Source of the DNA: Bacteroidia bacterium
Lineage (GTDB): Bacteria > Bacteroidota > Bacteroidia > UBA4408
Assembly: GCA_043778625.1 (NCBI GenBank)
Contig: JAYWFU010000031.1
Coordinates: 14,616-78,615, forward strand
DNA length: 64,000 bases
Reading direction: 5' to 3'
The notes under the pieces are model-generated. The model was not told where the DNA came from. It searched no databases and was given only the letters and a program-made list of their open reading frames with translations. Positions 47,180 to 56,051 of the stretch are shown here, piece by piece; positions within the stretch are counted from its first letter, which is position 1; every line of letters starts with the position of its first letter. The position numbers were made by a program, and so were the translations under genes.

Positions 47180-48457
47180 TTAATTGAAACTTAGTTTTTT
47201 AGTAATTACTTCATTACCTTTTATTATTTTAATCAGGTAAATTCCTGCGGCTAAGTTGTCGCGGTTAATAATTGCTTTAGTAGCATTAACTTTTTGAGTT
47301 TTAACTACCTCACCCGTAATAGTGTATAACACCAGTTCGTTTATTATTTCATTAGCGGGTAATGCTACCGTAACTGACGTGGTAGCTGGGTTAGGATATA
47401 GCTCTAAGCTACTTTCGTTTATGCTGAACAATCCGTTAACACAGCTTGTAACAGTATATAATGTTTGATACCCTACATATTTATTTGTATCAGGTACTAG
47501 TGTTACAGCAACAGGTGTATTACCTAAGTGCTTTAGTAAAAAACCTGTCATAAAATTCATAGTTGTATCAAAGTAGGCGCCTCCGTTGGAATACGGTACG
47601 TGATCAGCTCCGTACCAAGTAAACATATCGTGGTTGTGCCCTATAGCATCAGTATGCTCTTTTATCATGCGCGAACCATCAAGGTATAATAATTTAACTC
47701 CTGGATTTACGGCATCTCTTCCGTATTTAACTGTACCATCGGCATTACCGTGCATACTACACAAAGGTACATCGTTAGCTTGTATTAAAGTGTAACGCAC
47801 TAATGCTCCACATAAATTTAACACCCCCTTTACTTTAGTAGGATAGCCCGCATTACCACTAGTACCCTCTATGCCACCTAACGATGCTAATACCGTAGCT
47901 CCACCCACAAATGGTTCAATAGTGCAGGCTTGTTTTAAATAAGCTACGTGCATTGCCGTAATTGCTCCTGCCGATGAACCTCCAATAAAAATGTTATTGG
48001 TATCTATCTTGTACAAGTTAGTAGTACGTGCATCTTTGTAAAAGAAACGAATAGCTGCGCGTAAATCTTGCGTGGCTCTAATAGCTGCTTTAAATGCGTT
48101 AATTGAATCAATAGGAAAGAAACCCAAACGGTAATTAATATTAGCTGTTACATACCCTTTTTGTGCAAAATCTCTAGTAATAGGTGCTTCATCGGTTTTG
48201 CTCCCTCCTACAAAACTTCCTCCGTGCACCCATATAATTAAAGGACGTGACGCTAAGCTATCCCCATGTGGTTGTAGCACATCCATTTTTAACGATTGAG
48301 TACTATTGGTATAGGTTTTAGAACTACCATATACTACATCAATAGTAGAGTCAATATTATTGGCAAAAACTTTGCTTGCATAACGCCCTGTGCCATATTG
48401 TGCATAGCTTACTGCGGTTAAAGCTATACCTGCCAATGTTAAGTAAATTTTTTTCAT
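47180..48457 (-). CDS. secreted alpha/beta-hydrolase (carboxylesterase) with T9SS C-terminal domain
   Basis: Oxyanion motif VHGGSFVGG and nucleophile elbow GGSSAGA. The CTD reads LYPNPATTSVTVAL...GIYLIKI. Confidence 0.8.
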   Translation of the reverse strand: MKKIYLTLAGIALTAVSYAQYGTGRYASKVFANNIDSTIDVVYGSSKTYTNSTQSLKMDVLQPHGDSLASRPLIIWVHGGSFVGGSKTDEAPITRDFAQKGYVTANINYRLGFFPIDSINAFKAAIRATQDLRAAIRFFYKDARTTNLYKIDTNNIFIGGSSAGAITAMHVAYLKQACTIEPFVGGATVLASLGGIEGTSGNAGYPTKVKGVLNLCGALVRYTLIQANDVPLCSMHGNADGTVKYGRDAVNPGVKLLYLDGSRMIKEHTDAIGHNHDMFTWYGADHVPYSNGGAYFDTTMNFMTGFLLKHLGNTPVAVTLVPDTNKYVGYQTLYTVTSCVNGLFSINESSLELYPNPATTSVTVALPANEIINELVLYTITGEVVKTQKVNATKAIINRDNLAAGIYLIKIIKGNEVITKKLSFN

Positions 48458-48506
48458 AGAATTGGATTGTTTTTTTAGTTGAATGTTTAATCAAAGATAT
48501 AAAAAA

Positions 48507-48974
48507 CTATTTAATAGCAATATTAGTAAACGTACCTTTTACGCTGGTTAAGCCTCCTGTGTTCATTACCACGTCAAACGAGCCACTTATTGTAGTGGTG
48601 GATTTATCTGTTATTTTTAAATCGCCAGTAACGGCACTATTATCAGCGCCATTATTTAGCGTAAATACGTTGCCATTAGTAATTTTGTAAGTACCCACAC
48701 TATCTGCCAAAAAACCAATATCAAACGTAGTAGTGTTATTACCAGCAGTTACAGCTTTATTGTCTTTAGAAAAGCTCATTGTGGTAGCTACATACAAGCT
48801 ACTTGTACCATTAACAGCCCACACAAATGAGGCTATAGGCTTTGGTGGATTATTATTATTTGTAGTGGTAGTAGCCACTGGTCTTGCTGGCGCTGGCGCG
48901 GCGGCTATAGGTTCATTTTTTTTACAAGCAGTAAGAGCTGCTGCTGTTAGTAAGGCTAGTAGGATTGTTTTCAT
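48507..48974 (-). CDS. hypothetical lipoprotein
   Basis: Lipobox LTAC, followed by an Ala/Pro/Thr/Asn-rich linker. Confidence 0.55.
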   Translation of the reverse strand: MKTILLALLTAAALTACKKNEPIAAAPAPARPVATTTTNNNNPPKPIASFVWAVNGTSSLYVATTMSFSKDNKAVTAGNNTTTFDIGFLADSVGTYKITNGNVFTLNNGADNSAVTGDLKITDKSTTTISGSFDVVMNTGGLTSVKGTFTNIAIK

Positions 48975-49450
48975 ATTTGATTGTTTTTTTATACTAAATG
49001 TACCGCTATTTTTTAATGCGAATATTTTTTGTGTTTTTAATAAAATGGTTAGAATTTAAGAAAAACCAACGTACAAACTTAAATCTCGCTATTGCAAACG
49101 TATAACTAGTATTCATTGTTATGGTATTTTTTATTAGCATTTTTAATACTAAATTACTTTAACAAGTATAATGTTTTTTTTGAATGAATGCGCACTATAA
49201 GCTCGCACTAATCTAAACAGCAATGTTACCTTACACTATTAGGGCTTTGTTATGTAATTTAGTCTTTTATTACTTCTTGTATTTATTGTACTTCTACTCT
49301 TGAATATTATTATTATAAAAAAATATTAATAAGGTTATTAGTTACGCTTAGTTTGTAAAACCGTACATTTACGATATGTGAATATGTATTGAATTATATA
49401 GGATTATAATAGTAAAAATAGTAGTATTGTATATAATACTGAATTATTAT

Positions 49451-50044
49451 ATGACTAAAAAAACAACATTACTATTGATAATTTTTAGCTTCTTTTTTGA
49501 ACTAAATGTTTCTGCTCAAAATTTGGATACCTTAAAATTGTATCGAAATAAATGCGGCATGCGCTATAACGTTTATAAATGGTCACTTTTTTATTGTAAA
49601 GCTCCTAAGGAGTATGGTTACAATACTCGAACTATACAAGACACAATTGTTACGAGCCGAAAACGTGAAAGTAGCTACTGTATTTTTTACGATCGAAGAA
49701 AAAGAAAAATGTATGAAGGACCTCTTGATAATGGTTATTTTAGTGGAACAGTAATCTTTTATTATAAAAGTGGTAAAATAAAAAAAACTGAAATATACGG
49801 CATAGATACTGTTAATAATTGTAACAACTCTATTATTTGGAGTGATGCACCTTACGAAACTGGAATATGGAAATATTATAAAAAATCGAGACAATTATTC
49901 AAGCAAAAAGAATATTTAATATTATTATTAAATATCACTACTTCTTCTACTGATTATTATCGTGTTTGTTTTTCATCGTCAATTGATAAAAACGGAAATA
50001 TAAAACTACGCAAGACAACTTTATTAGAAAAAAACAAAATGTGA
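49451..50044 (+). CDS. hypothetical secreted protein in an AT-rich orphan region
   Basis: The ATG at 49451 gives the signal peptide MTKKTTLLLIIFSFFFELNVSAQ. It has weak MORN-variant-like motifs (YYKSGKIKK). Confidence 0.4.
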   Translation: MTKKTTLLLIIFSFFFELNVSAQNLDTLKLYRNKCGMRYNVYKWSLFYCKAPKEYGYNTRTIQDTIVTSRKRESSYCIFYDRRKRKMYEGPLDNGYFSGTVIFYYKSGKIKKTEIYGIDTVNNCNNSIIWSDAPYETGIWKYYKKSRQLFKQKEYLILLLNITTSSTDYYRVCFSSSIDKNGNIKLRKTTLLEKNKM

Positions 50045-50184
50045 TACTCAATTATGCTTTAGCATAAACACAACTGAACTTGTTTGTGGAACAACAACTA
50101 ATTAATTAAGATTATCGTTATTGGGCGGGTACATTCTACCAATTATAATTGTTAAATAGTACTTGAAACTAGGCAGATATATAA

Positions 50185-50219
50185 ACCAATAAAGCCCGCT
50201 AATAGCGGGCTTTATTGGT
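50185..50219. terminator. bidirectional rho-independent terminator downstream of rpsA
   Basis: 15-bp perfect stem accaataaagcccgc / gcgggctttattggt with a 5-nt loop. A/T runs are built into both arms. Confidence 0.7.
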
Positions 50220-50245
50220 ATTGGGCGTATTAATTAATTGCTTAA

Positions 50246-52033
50246 TTAGTTATCCATTTTGCTACGTAAATCAGAAAGAGCAGAAATGTCTCCTAATGTT
50301 GTTTTTTCAACATTGTCTTTCAATTTTTTTACTGCTTTCTTTTGTTCGTCACGGTCAGCTGTTTTGCGTTCTTTTTCTTCTACACGTTCAACATTGGCTG
50401 CATCTTCGTGTATGCGTGAGTGCGATACAATTATTTTTTTGTTTTCTTTGCTAAATTCAATTACTTTAAATTCAATTGTAGCATCAACACCTGCAGTAGT
50501 ACCATCTACTTTAGTTAAGTGTTTGTTAGGAGCAAAAGCCTCAACACCGTAAGGCATCATTACTAATGCACCTTTATCGTTGGCGCTCATAATAGTTCCT
50601 TCGTGTACTGAATCTAGTGCAAATACAGTTTCAAATACTTCCCAAGGGTTTTCTTCTAATTGTTTGTGTCCTAAACTAATACGACGATTTTCGCCATCAA
50701 TTTCTAATACTTTCACATCTAATATATCGCCTACTTTAGTAAACTCTGATGGATGCTTAATTTTTTTGCTCCACGATAAATCGCTAATATGTACAAGGCC
50801 ATCAATACCTTCTTCTAACTCAACAAATACACCAAAGTTAGTAAAGTTACGTACTGTACCTTTGTGTTGCGAATCAACAGTGTACTTAGAAGCAACTATA
50901 GCCCATGGATCAGGAGTAAGTTGTTTTACACCTAAGCTCATTTTGCGTTCTTCGCGGTCAAGTGTTAATACTTGTGCCTCAATAGTGTCGCCTACTTTCA
51001 TAAAGTCTTGCGCACTACGTAAGTGCTGGCTCCAGCTCATTTCACTTACGTGAACCAAACCTTCTACACCTGGTATAACCTCAACAAATGCGCCATAGTC
51101 AGCTATTACTACTACCTTACCATTAATTTTATCTCCAATTTTAAGTTCAGTATTTAAAGCATCCCAAGGGTGAGCGCTTAATTGTTTTAAACCTAAAGCA
51201 ATACGTTTTTTAGCATCATCAAAATCAAGTATTACTACGTTAATTTTTTGATCTAACTGTACTATTTCTTCAGGATGATTAATACGACCCCACGATAAAT
51301 CAGTAATGTGTATTAAACCGTCAACTCCACCTAAATCAATAAACACACCGTACGAAGTAATGTTTTTAACCACACCTTCTAATACTTGTCCTTTTTCTAA
51401 TTTAGATATAATTTCAGCTTTTTGTAATTCAATTTCTGCTTCAATTAATGCTTTGTGCGATACTACTACGTTTTTAAATTCGTTGTTAATTTTCACAACC
51501 TTAAACTCCATAGTTTTACCTACGTATATATCGTAATCGCGGATAGGCTTAACGTCAATTTGCGAACCTGGTAAAAATGCTTCGATGCCAAACACATCAG
51601 CAATTAAACCACCTTTAGTACGGCATTTAACGTAACCCTTAATAATTTCTTGCGTTTCTAAAGCAGTAGTAATACGCTCCCATGAACGTAAACTACGTGC
51701 ATGCTTGTGCGATAATACTAATTGTCCTAATTTGTTTTCTTGGTTTTCGATATACACTTCAATTACATCTCCAACTTTTAAGTCTTCGTTGTAACGTAGT
51801 TCTCCACGAGAAATAACTCCGTCCGATTTAAAACCAATATTTACTATTACATCTTTTTCGGTAATAGCAACTACAGTACCTTCGGCAACAGTGTTTTGTT
51901 GTACTTGTGTAAGTGAGTTAGAAAGTAAACCTTCTAAGCGAGTGTGTTCGTCAGCTGAATATAATTCGGCTTTCTTTCCAATTGTGTTCCAGTCGAAATC
52001 GGCTATTGGAACAATTTTTTTTAATTCAGACAT
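50246..52033 (-). CDS. rpsA: 30S ribosomal protein S1
   Basis: 595 aa with six S1 repeats (G..V.G.V...GA.V..., HISE/HVSE motifs). Confidence 0.95.
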   Translation of the reverse strand: MSELKKIVPIADFDWNTIGKKAELYSADEHTRLEGLLSNSLTQVQQNTVAEGTVVAITEKDVIVNIGFKSDGVISRGELRYNEDLKVGDVIEVYIENQENKLGQLVLSHKHARSLRSWERITTALETQEIIKGYVKCRTKGGLIADVFGIEAFLPGSQIDVKPIRDYDIYVGKTMEFKVVKINNEFKNVVVSHKALIEAEIELQKAEIISKLEKGQVLEGVVKNITSYGVFIDLGGVDGLIHITDLSWGRINHPEEIVQLDQKINVVILDFDDAKKRIALGLKQLSAHPWDALNTELKIGDKINGKVVVIADYGAFVEVIPGVEGLVHVSEMSWSQHLRSAQDFMKVGDTIEAQVLTLDREERKMSLGVKQLTPDPWAIVASKYTVDSQHKGTVRNFTNFGVFVELEEGIDGLVHISDLSWSKKIKHPSEFTKVGDILDVKVLEIDGENRRISLGHKQLEENPWEVFETVFALDSVHEGTIMSANDKGALVMMPYGVEAFAPNKHLTKVDGTTAGVDATIEFKVIEFSKENKKIIVSHSRIHEDAANVERVEEKERKTADRDEQKKAVKKLKDNVEKTTLGDISALSDLRSKMDN

Positions 52034-52152
52034 TGTTGTCTTGTATTGTTAATGCTGTGTAAGTAATCAAATTTCAAACGCTTACAACAACGGATTTATG
52101 TTTTATATCGGTGCTAAATTTGATTACCGATAGCTTTAACTTTAAAGCATTG

Positions 52153-52160
52153 CAAATATA
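52153..52160 (-). promoter_or_regulatory. candidate -7 element (TAnnTTTG) for rpsA
   Basis: The minus strand reads TATATTTG, about 120 nt upstream of the rpsA ATG. Confidence 0.35.
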
Positions 52161-52186
52161 TACAATTATATGTTAAATGATAGGTG

Positions 52187-52194
52187 TATATTTG
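52187..52194 (+). promoter_or_regulatory. candidate -7 element (TAnnTTTG) for the nfu-like gene
   Basis: TATATTTG lies 23 nt upstream of the ATG at 52217. Confidence 0.4.
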
Positions 52195-52216
52195 CACATA
52201 ATTTTTAATTAAAATA

Positions 52217-52822
52217 ATGGAAACCACACTTACCCCTATTGTAGTTTATGCGGAGCAAACGCCTAACCCAGCAGCATTAAAATTTGTAGTAAATAAGCCC
52301 TTATTAGAGGGTGGAGTACAGCTAGAATTCCCTAGCCCAGAGTACTGTAAAGGTGCCCCGTTGGCACAAAAACTATTTGAATTTCCGTTTGTGAAAAACA
52401 TATTTATATCAAGTAATTACGTTTCTATTACAAAGATTAATGAGATAGAATGGTCAGACGTGATGAATGAGTTACGTGATTTTTTGAAGAACTATTTTAC
52501 CAACAACGGTGTGGTGTTAAACGAGTTGCCAAAAATAACTGACAACCCAGCCACGTTGCATCAAAGCATCGTTAAATCTATTACGGTAGAGGAAATAGAC
52601 CTGCGCATTGTAGATGTACTTAACGAATATATTAAACCCGCTGTGGAGCAAGATGGTGGCGCTATTACATTTAAAGGATTTAAAGATGGCGTGGTTACCG
52701 TAGCTTTGCAGGGGTCGTGTAGCGGATGTCCGTCGTCGCAAATGACTTTAAAAGCGGGCATTGAAGGCTTGTTAAAACGCTTAATACCTGAAGTAGAAAG
52801 CGTTAGAGCCGAAGAGGTATAA
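52217..52822 (+). CDS. NifU/Nfu family Fe-S cluster assembly protein
   Basis: Nfu_N-like N-terminal domain (NPAALKF...) and a C-terminal NifU domain with GSCSGCPSS. Confidence 0.85.
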   Translation: METTLTPIVVYAEQTPNPAALKFVVNKPLLEGGVQLEFPSPEYCKGAPLAQKLFEFPFVKNIFISSNYVSITKINEIEWSDVMNELRDFLKNYFTNNGVVLNELPKITDNPATLHQSIVKSITVEEIDLRIVDVLNEYIKPAVEQDGGAITFKGFKDGVVTVALQGSCSGCPSSQMTLKAGIEGLLKRLIPEVESVRAEEV

Positions 52823-52847
52823 ATTATAGAGTACGGTATAAAACAAT

Positions 52848-52919
52848 GGTTTCGTAGTACAACGGATAGTATAAAAGACTCCGACTCTTTAGATGTGGGT
52901 TCGATTCCCGCCGAGATCA
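52848..52919 (+). tRNA. tRNA-Arg (anticodon CCG)
   Basis: Hand-folded cloverleaf. Acceptor stem GGTTTCG/CGAGATC, D-arm GTAC-AACGGATA-GTAT, anticodon stem AAAGA/TCTTT with loop CTCCGAC, and T-arm GTGGG-TTCGATT-CCCGC. The discriminator is A and CCA is not encoded. Confidence 0.85.
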
Positions 52920-53120
52920 CTTAACACATTAAAAAAATAGGATAGTTTAAAAAAGAACTTTAGCCGAGGTTCAGAGTTATTTTTCGGTAATAAATAACAA
53001 TGCTTGGGCTTAATGGTAACGGACACGAGCAAAATGCTTGCGCCAGCGTGGGAACTAATGGCTAACTGTACGTAACCGTTATTACTATTTACACCACGGA
53101 ATTACCGCTTGGTTCTTGCG

Positions 53121-53203
53121 TAGTTCCCTGAGTTTTCATCGAAGGGACGTATACAAAAACTCTTTATTAGTAACCGTCCCTTCGATGAAAACTCAGGGAA
53201 CTA
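53121..53203. repeat. 29-bp perfect inverted repeat (long hairpin, 25-nt loop)
   Basis: tagttccctgagttttcatcgaagggacg (53121-53149) is the exact reverse complement of 53175-53203. An extra ACCGC/GCGGT pairing lies beyond an internal loop. Confidence 0.9.
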
Positions 53204-53345
53204 GCGGTAGTGCTACATGCACTTATAAAACGTTAAAAAACGTGAGATTGCAAAAAAATGTTTTTTTTTAAAATGTTGTATACTCCCCCTAAAACACTAC
53301 CGCCCACACTTAATAATAAGTATAGACGGCGGTGGTAAAGTTATA

Positions 53346-53717
53346 TTACCACGAAATATAATACGATTTTGAAATATATCCGTGTTGCTTTAAAGTTTTT
53401 CTTATCTCAACATTGAAGCCTCTAGCATATAAATAATTAGGGTAGTCGTAAACACCATGTATTGCATAACCACCCTTTACGCTTTCGTAAATCCTATTGT
53501 TATCTTTCTCAATTTTAGCTAGAGTTTCCGTTTTATTCAACCCACCATCTATGTAATCAAAGCTTATTGAACAGTCTCCTTTTTCTGCGGCTTCCAATAT
53601 TAAGGCGTTTAAAGTTTGATAACTATCAATATATGGAAATCTTGATTTAACAAATTCAATAGCATTGTTAGCCGCTCTTGTAATTTCTTTAATTTCGCTA
53701 ACTGTAATGTCTTTCAT
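53346..53717 (-). CDS. hypothetical soluble protein (third gene of the orphan operon)
   Basis: 123 aa with no TM. The start lies 2 nt after the upstream stop. A possible terminator hairpin (accaccgcc...ggcggtagt) lies just downstream. Confidence 0.5.
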   Translation of the reverse strand: MKDITVSEIKEITRAANNAIEFVKSRFPYIDSYQTLNALILEAAEKGDCSISFDYIDGGLNKTETLAKIEKDNNRIYESVKGGYAIHGVYDYPNYLYARGFNVEIRKTLKQHGYISKSYYISW

Positions 53718-53719
53718 AG

Positions 53720-54235
53720 TTAATTCTTATCCCTTACTTTTTCTAAATCATCATTTGTGTTTATCGCCGTACTTTTATTTACTTTAATATCTCGCTCATA
53801 AATAAAGTAGGTTATAACAATTGAAATTATTGTAGAAATTATCAAGGCAATAATAGCAACCATCCTTCTTATAACGAATGGTTCAGCAAATACAGGATAC
53901 TCGTCAGAGTCATAGCAATTTTTTAGAGCATAATCTCCTGCAAATCCCTGCATAATCATAAAAATTAATAACCATGATACAGGAAGCCATATCGCTGCCG
54001 ATTTTACAGAGTTAATAATTACTGTTTTTTGTTTTAATTTTTGTAATTGAATTGGTGTTGCTGGAGGTCTAATTGATATATGACTTTTTAACTCTTCAAT
54101 TTCAGAGATGGGTTTCCAATTATCAAAACCGTCTTTCCAAATTAAGTAATCGTCAGTTAATTCAATTTTTAACAAGTCCTCAAATGAGTAAGGTCCTTTT
54201 TTATCATTTCCTTTTGCAATAAAATATTTTTCCAT
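53720..54235 (-). CDS. GYF_2 (DUF4339) domain membrane protein (second gene of the orphan operon)
   Basis: The N-terminus YFIAKGNDKKGPYSFEDLLK...LIWKDGFDNWKPISEIEELK is GYF_2-like. Two TM helices follow. Confidence 0.6.
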   Translation of the reverse strand: MEKYFIAKGNDKKGPYSFEDLLKIELTDDYLIWKDGFDNWKPISEIEELKSHISIRPPATPIQLQKLKQKTVIINSVKSAAIWLPVSWLLIFMIMQGFAGDYALKNCYDSDEYPVFAEPFVIRRMVAIIALIISTIISIVITYFIYERDIKVNKSTAINTNDDLEKVRDKN

Positions 54236-54237
54236 TT

Positions 54238-54645
54238 TTATTTCTTTTGTTTTTGAGTGCGAAATATTACAGCTATAATTATGAGTACTAAAATTATAAG
54301 TCCGCCATACATACCTACGTTTTTAATCATGTTAACACCTAAGTCTCCAGTACTTTGATGCAAAGCAGCACTTCTTTCTAAAGTTGCAGCATCATCCCCC
54401 TCTATAGCAAAAGGGTCCCAATTTTCTTGAGATGCAATTTTTTGGTATCTTTCAGGTATAGGTGCAGCAGTTCTGTATTTATCACCATTTTGTAAACCCG
54501 TATAATCATGTAAACCCTCTTGAGACTTTTCATATTCAGCTTGTCTTTTAGGGTCATTGGCAGCTTCTAAAAGTCTTAAAGTTTCATCTGAAATTTGTTT
54601 TACTTTTTTAATAGGCTTAACAGATTGTGAATTTTTATCAGGCAT
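54238..54645 (-). CDS. hypothetical tail-anchored membrane protein (first gene of the orphan operon)
   Basis: 135 aa. The N-terminal part is hydrophilic and there is a single C-terminal TM (GGLIILVLIIIAVIF) followed by RTQKQKK. Confidence 0.5.
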   Translation of the reverse strand: MPDKNSQSVKPIKKVKQISDETLRLLEAANDPKRQAEYEKSQEGLHDYTGLQNGDKYRTAAPIPERYQKIASQENWDPFAIEGDDAATLERSAALHQSTGDLGVNMIKNVGMYGGLIILVLIIIAVIFRTQKQKK

Positions 54646-54765
54646 TTTTATAATTGATTTATATTTCTACAACAAACTTACCCCATTCCCTCCCTTTTAA
54701 ATCAATTTTTAGTAGTAATTAAGTAATTGTAAGGTTAATTTGCTACTTTAGCGGTTATTAACCCA

Positions 54766-55152
54766 ATGCAACACACTTTTGTTATGATTAAAAAAATATC
54801 CGACAATATTAAAAAGTTTAGAGAGCTCAAAAACATTACCCGCGAGCACATGGCCGTGGAGCTAGGCATGAGCCTTAGTGGCTACAGCAAAATAGAACGT
54901 GGCGAAATAGACCTTACCATAACCAAAATATACAAAATAGCCGAAGTATTGGGCGTAGAAGCCTCACAGATATTAAACTTTGATGCTACTCAAATTTTTA
55001 ACGTTACACATAACAATAACGTAAACCACGTAAATGGTATTGGCGCTAAAGACAACACCTTTAACATTAAGGGCGACGAGTACCGCGAGAAGTATGTAGT
55101 ATTACTAGAGCAAGAGCTAGCCACCCTAAAAAGCCAAGCCCAAGCCCGCTAA
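54766..55152 (+). CDS. XRE-family helix-turn-helix transcriptional regulator
   Basis: IKKFRELKNITREHMAVELGMSLSGYSKIERGE...KIAEVLGV. It is divergent from the three-gene operon. Confidence 0.85.
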   Translation: MQHTFVMIKKISDNIKKFRELKNITREHMAVELGMSLSGYSKIERGEIDLTITKIYKIAEVLGVEASQILNFDATQIFNVTHNNNVNHVNGIGAKDNTFNIKGDEYREKYVVLLEQELATLKSQAQAR

Positions 55153-55217
55153 CGCGTGGCAATAATTGATTATATTTACAATAACTACGCAACTAACTAC
55201 ATAACCACCCCAACGCC

Positions 55218-55421
55218 ATGCTAACCTTACACCCACAATACATAAAAGATACTGCAGGAAAAAAATTGGTAGTGCTACCTCAAACTGAATTTGACACCCT
55301 TATTGAAGAACTAGAAGATATAGAAGACGTAAAACTATACGACGATGCTAAACAAAAAGATAGTGGCGAACGTATTTTGTTTTCGGAATACCTAAAAAGT
55401 AGAGCGAAAAAAAATGCCTAA
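55218..55421 (+). CDS. type II antitoxin-like protein (Phd/YefM- or RelB-like, acidic)
   Basis: 67 aa. The pattern VVLPQTEFDTLIEELEDIEDVKLYDDAK is typical of antitoxins partnered with RelE/ParE toxins. The stop overlaps the next ATG (ATGCCTAA). Confidence 0.55.
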   Translation: MLTLHPQYIKDTAGKKLVVLPQTEFDTLIEELEDIEDVKLYDDAKQKDSGERILFSEYLKSRAKKNA

Positions 55422-55572
55422 CTATATAATTGTAATATCAAAAAAAACTCAAAAGCAATTAAAACTATCTTCGCTTGCGGGTAAACTTTCAAACCAAACA
55501 GCACAAGCAATGCAACAAAATATTATTGAAGGCAGAAACGATTGGCAACAACGCTTAAATAAACAAATTTAA
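55414..55572 (+). pseudogene. 52-aa ORF: RelE/ParE-like N-terminus fused to unrelated sequence (probable toxin remnant)
   Basis: My translation is MPNYIIVISKKTQKQLKLSSLAGKLSNQTAQAMQQNIIEGRNDWQQRLNKQI*. The first ~17 aa look like a RelE/ParE N-terminus. The rest resembles the C-terminal tail of antitoxin-type proteins. It is far too short for a toxin. Confidence 0.3.
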
Positions 55573-55578
55573 AAATAT

Positions 55579-55616
55579 GCTTCGCCTTGGTTCGTGTCCC
55601 CACGAACCAAGGCGAA
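55579..55616. repeat. GC-rich hairpin element, copy 1
   Basis: cttcgccttggttcg-tgtcccca-cgaaccaaggcgaag, a 15-bp perfect stem. Confidence 0.85.
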
Positions 55617-55682
55617 GAATTAAATAATTGCTTACATTTACAATAACTACAAACTTAAAAAATTACCTAACACTTACATCTA

Positions 55683-56030
55683 ATGAAAACAACTACAAAT
55701 AAAACCCTTATAATACACCCTACCACGACCGAACAATTAACTTTATTGATATTGCTAGCCAATGTTTTAAAAATTAAATATGAAGTTATTACCCCTACAA
55801 AAAACAAACCCAATAACGAAGAATTAGTAGCGACCATAAGACAAAGCGACCAAGATAAAAAAGATAAAAAGAAAACTAAACTAACGAAGAAAGAACTAAA
55901 ATCGTTAGAGAAAACTAAAGTGAAGAGTAAAATTTTAAAAAGGATTAAAAAAGGTATGGAGGAAGTGGAGTTAATTATACAAGGTAAAGCAAAAGGAACG
56001 CCAGCCCACGATATTTTGAAAAAATTATAA
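55683..56030 (+). CDS. Lys-rich hypothetical protein, antitoxin-like N-terminus
   Basis: 115 aa. The start MKTTTNKTLIIHPTTTEQLTLLILLANVLKIKYEV resembles small Bacteroidota antitoxin-like proteins. The centre is extremely K-rich. It is bracketed by the two hairpin elements. Confidence 0.4.
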   Translation: MKTTTNKTLIIHPTTTEQLTLLILLANVLKIKYEVITPTKNKPNNEELVATIRQSDQDKKDKKKTKLTKKELKSLEKTKVKSKILKRIKKGMEEVELIIQGKAKGTPAHDILKKL

Positions 56031-56051
56031 TTATCAGTTTCAACAACAAAA

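Noticed and set aside
52561-52920. 119-aa minus-strand ORF
   Set aside because: It overlaps the 3' half of the well-supported nfu-like gene and the entire tRNA-Arg. It is spurious.
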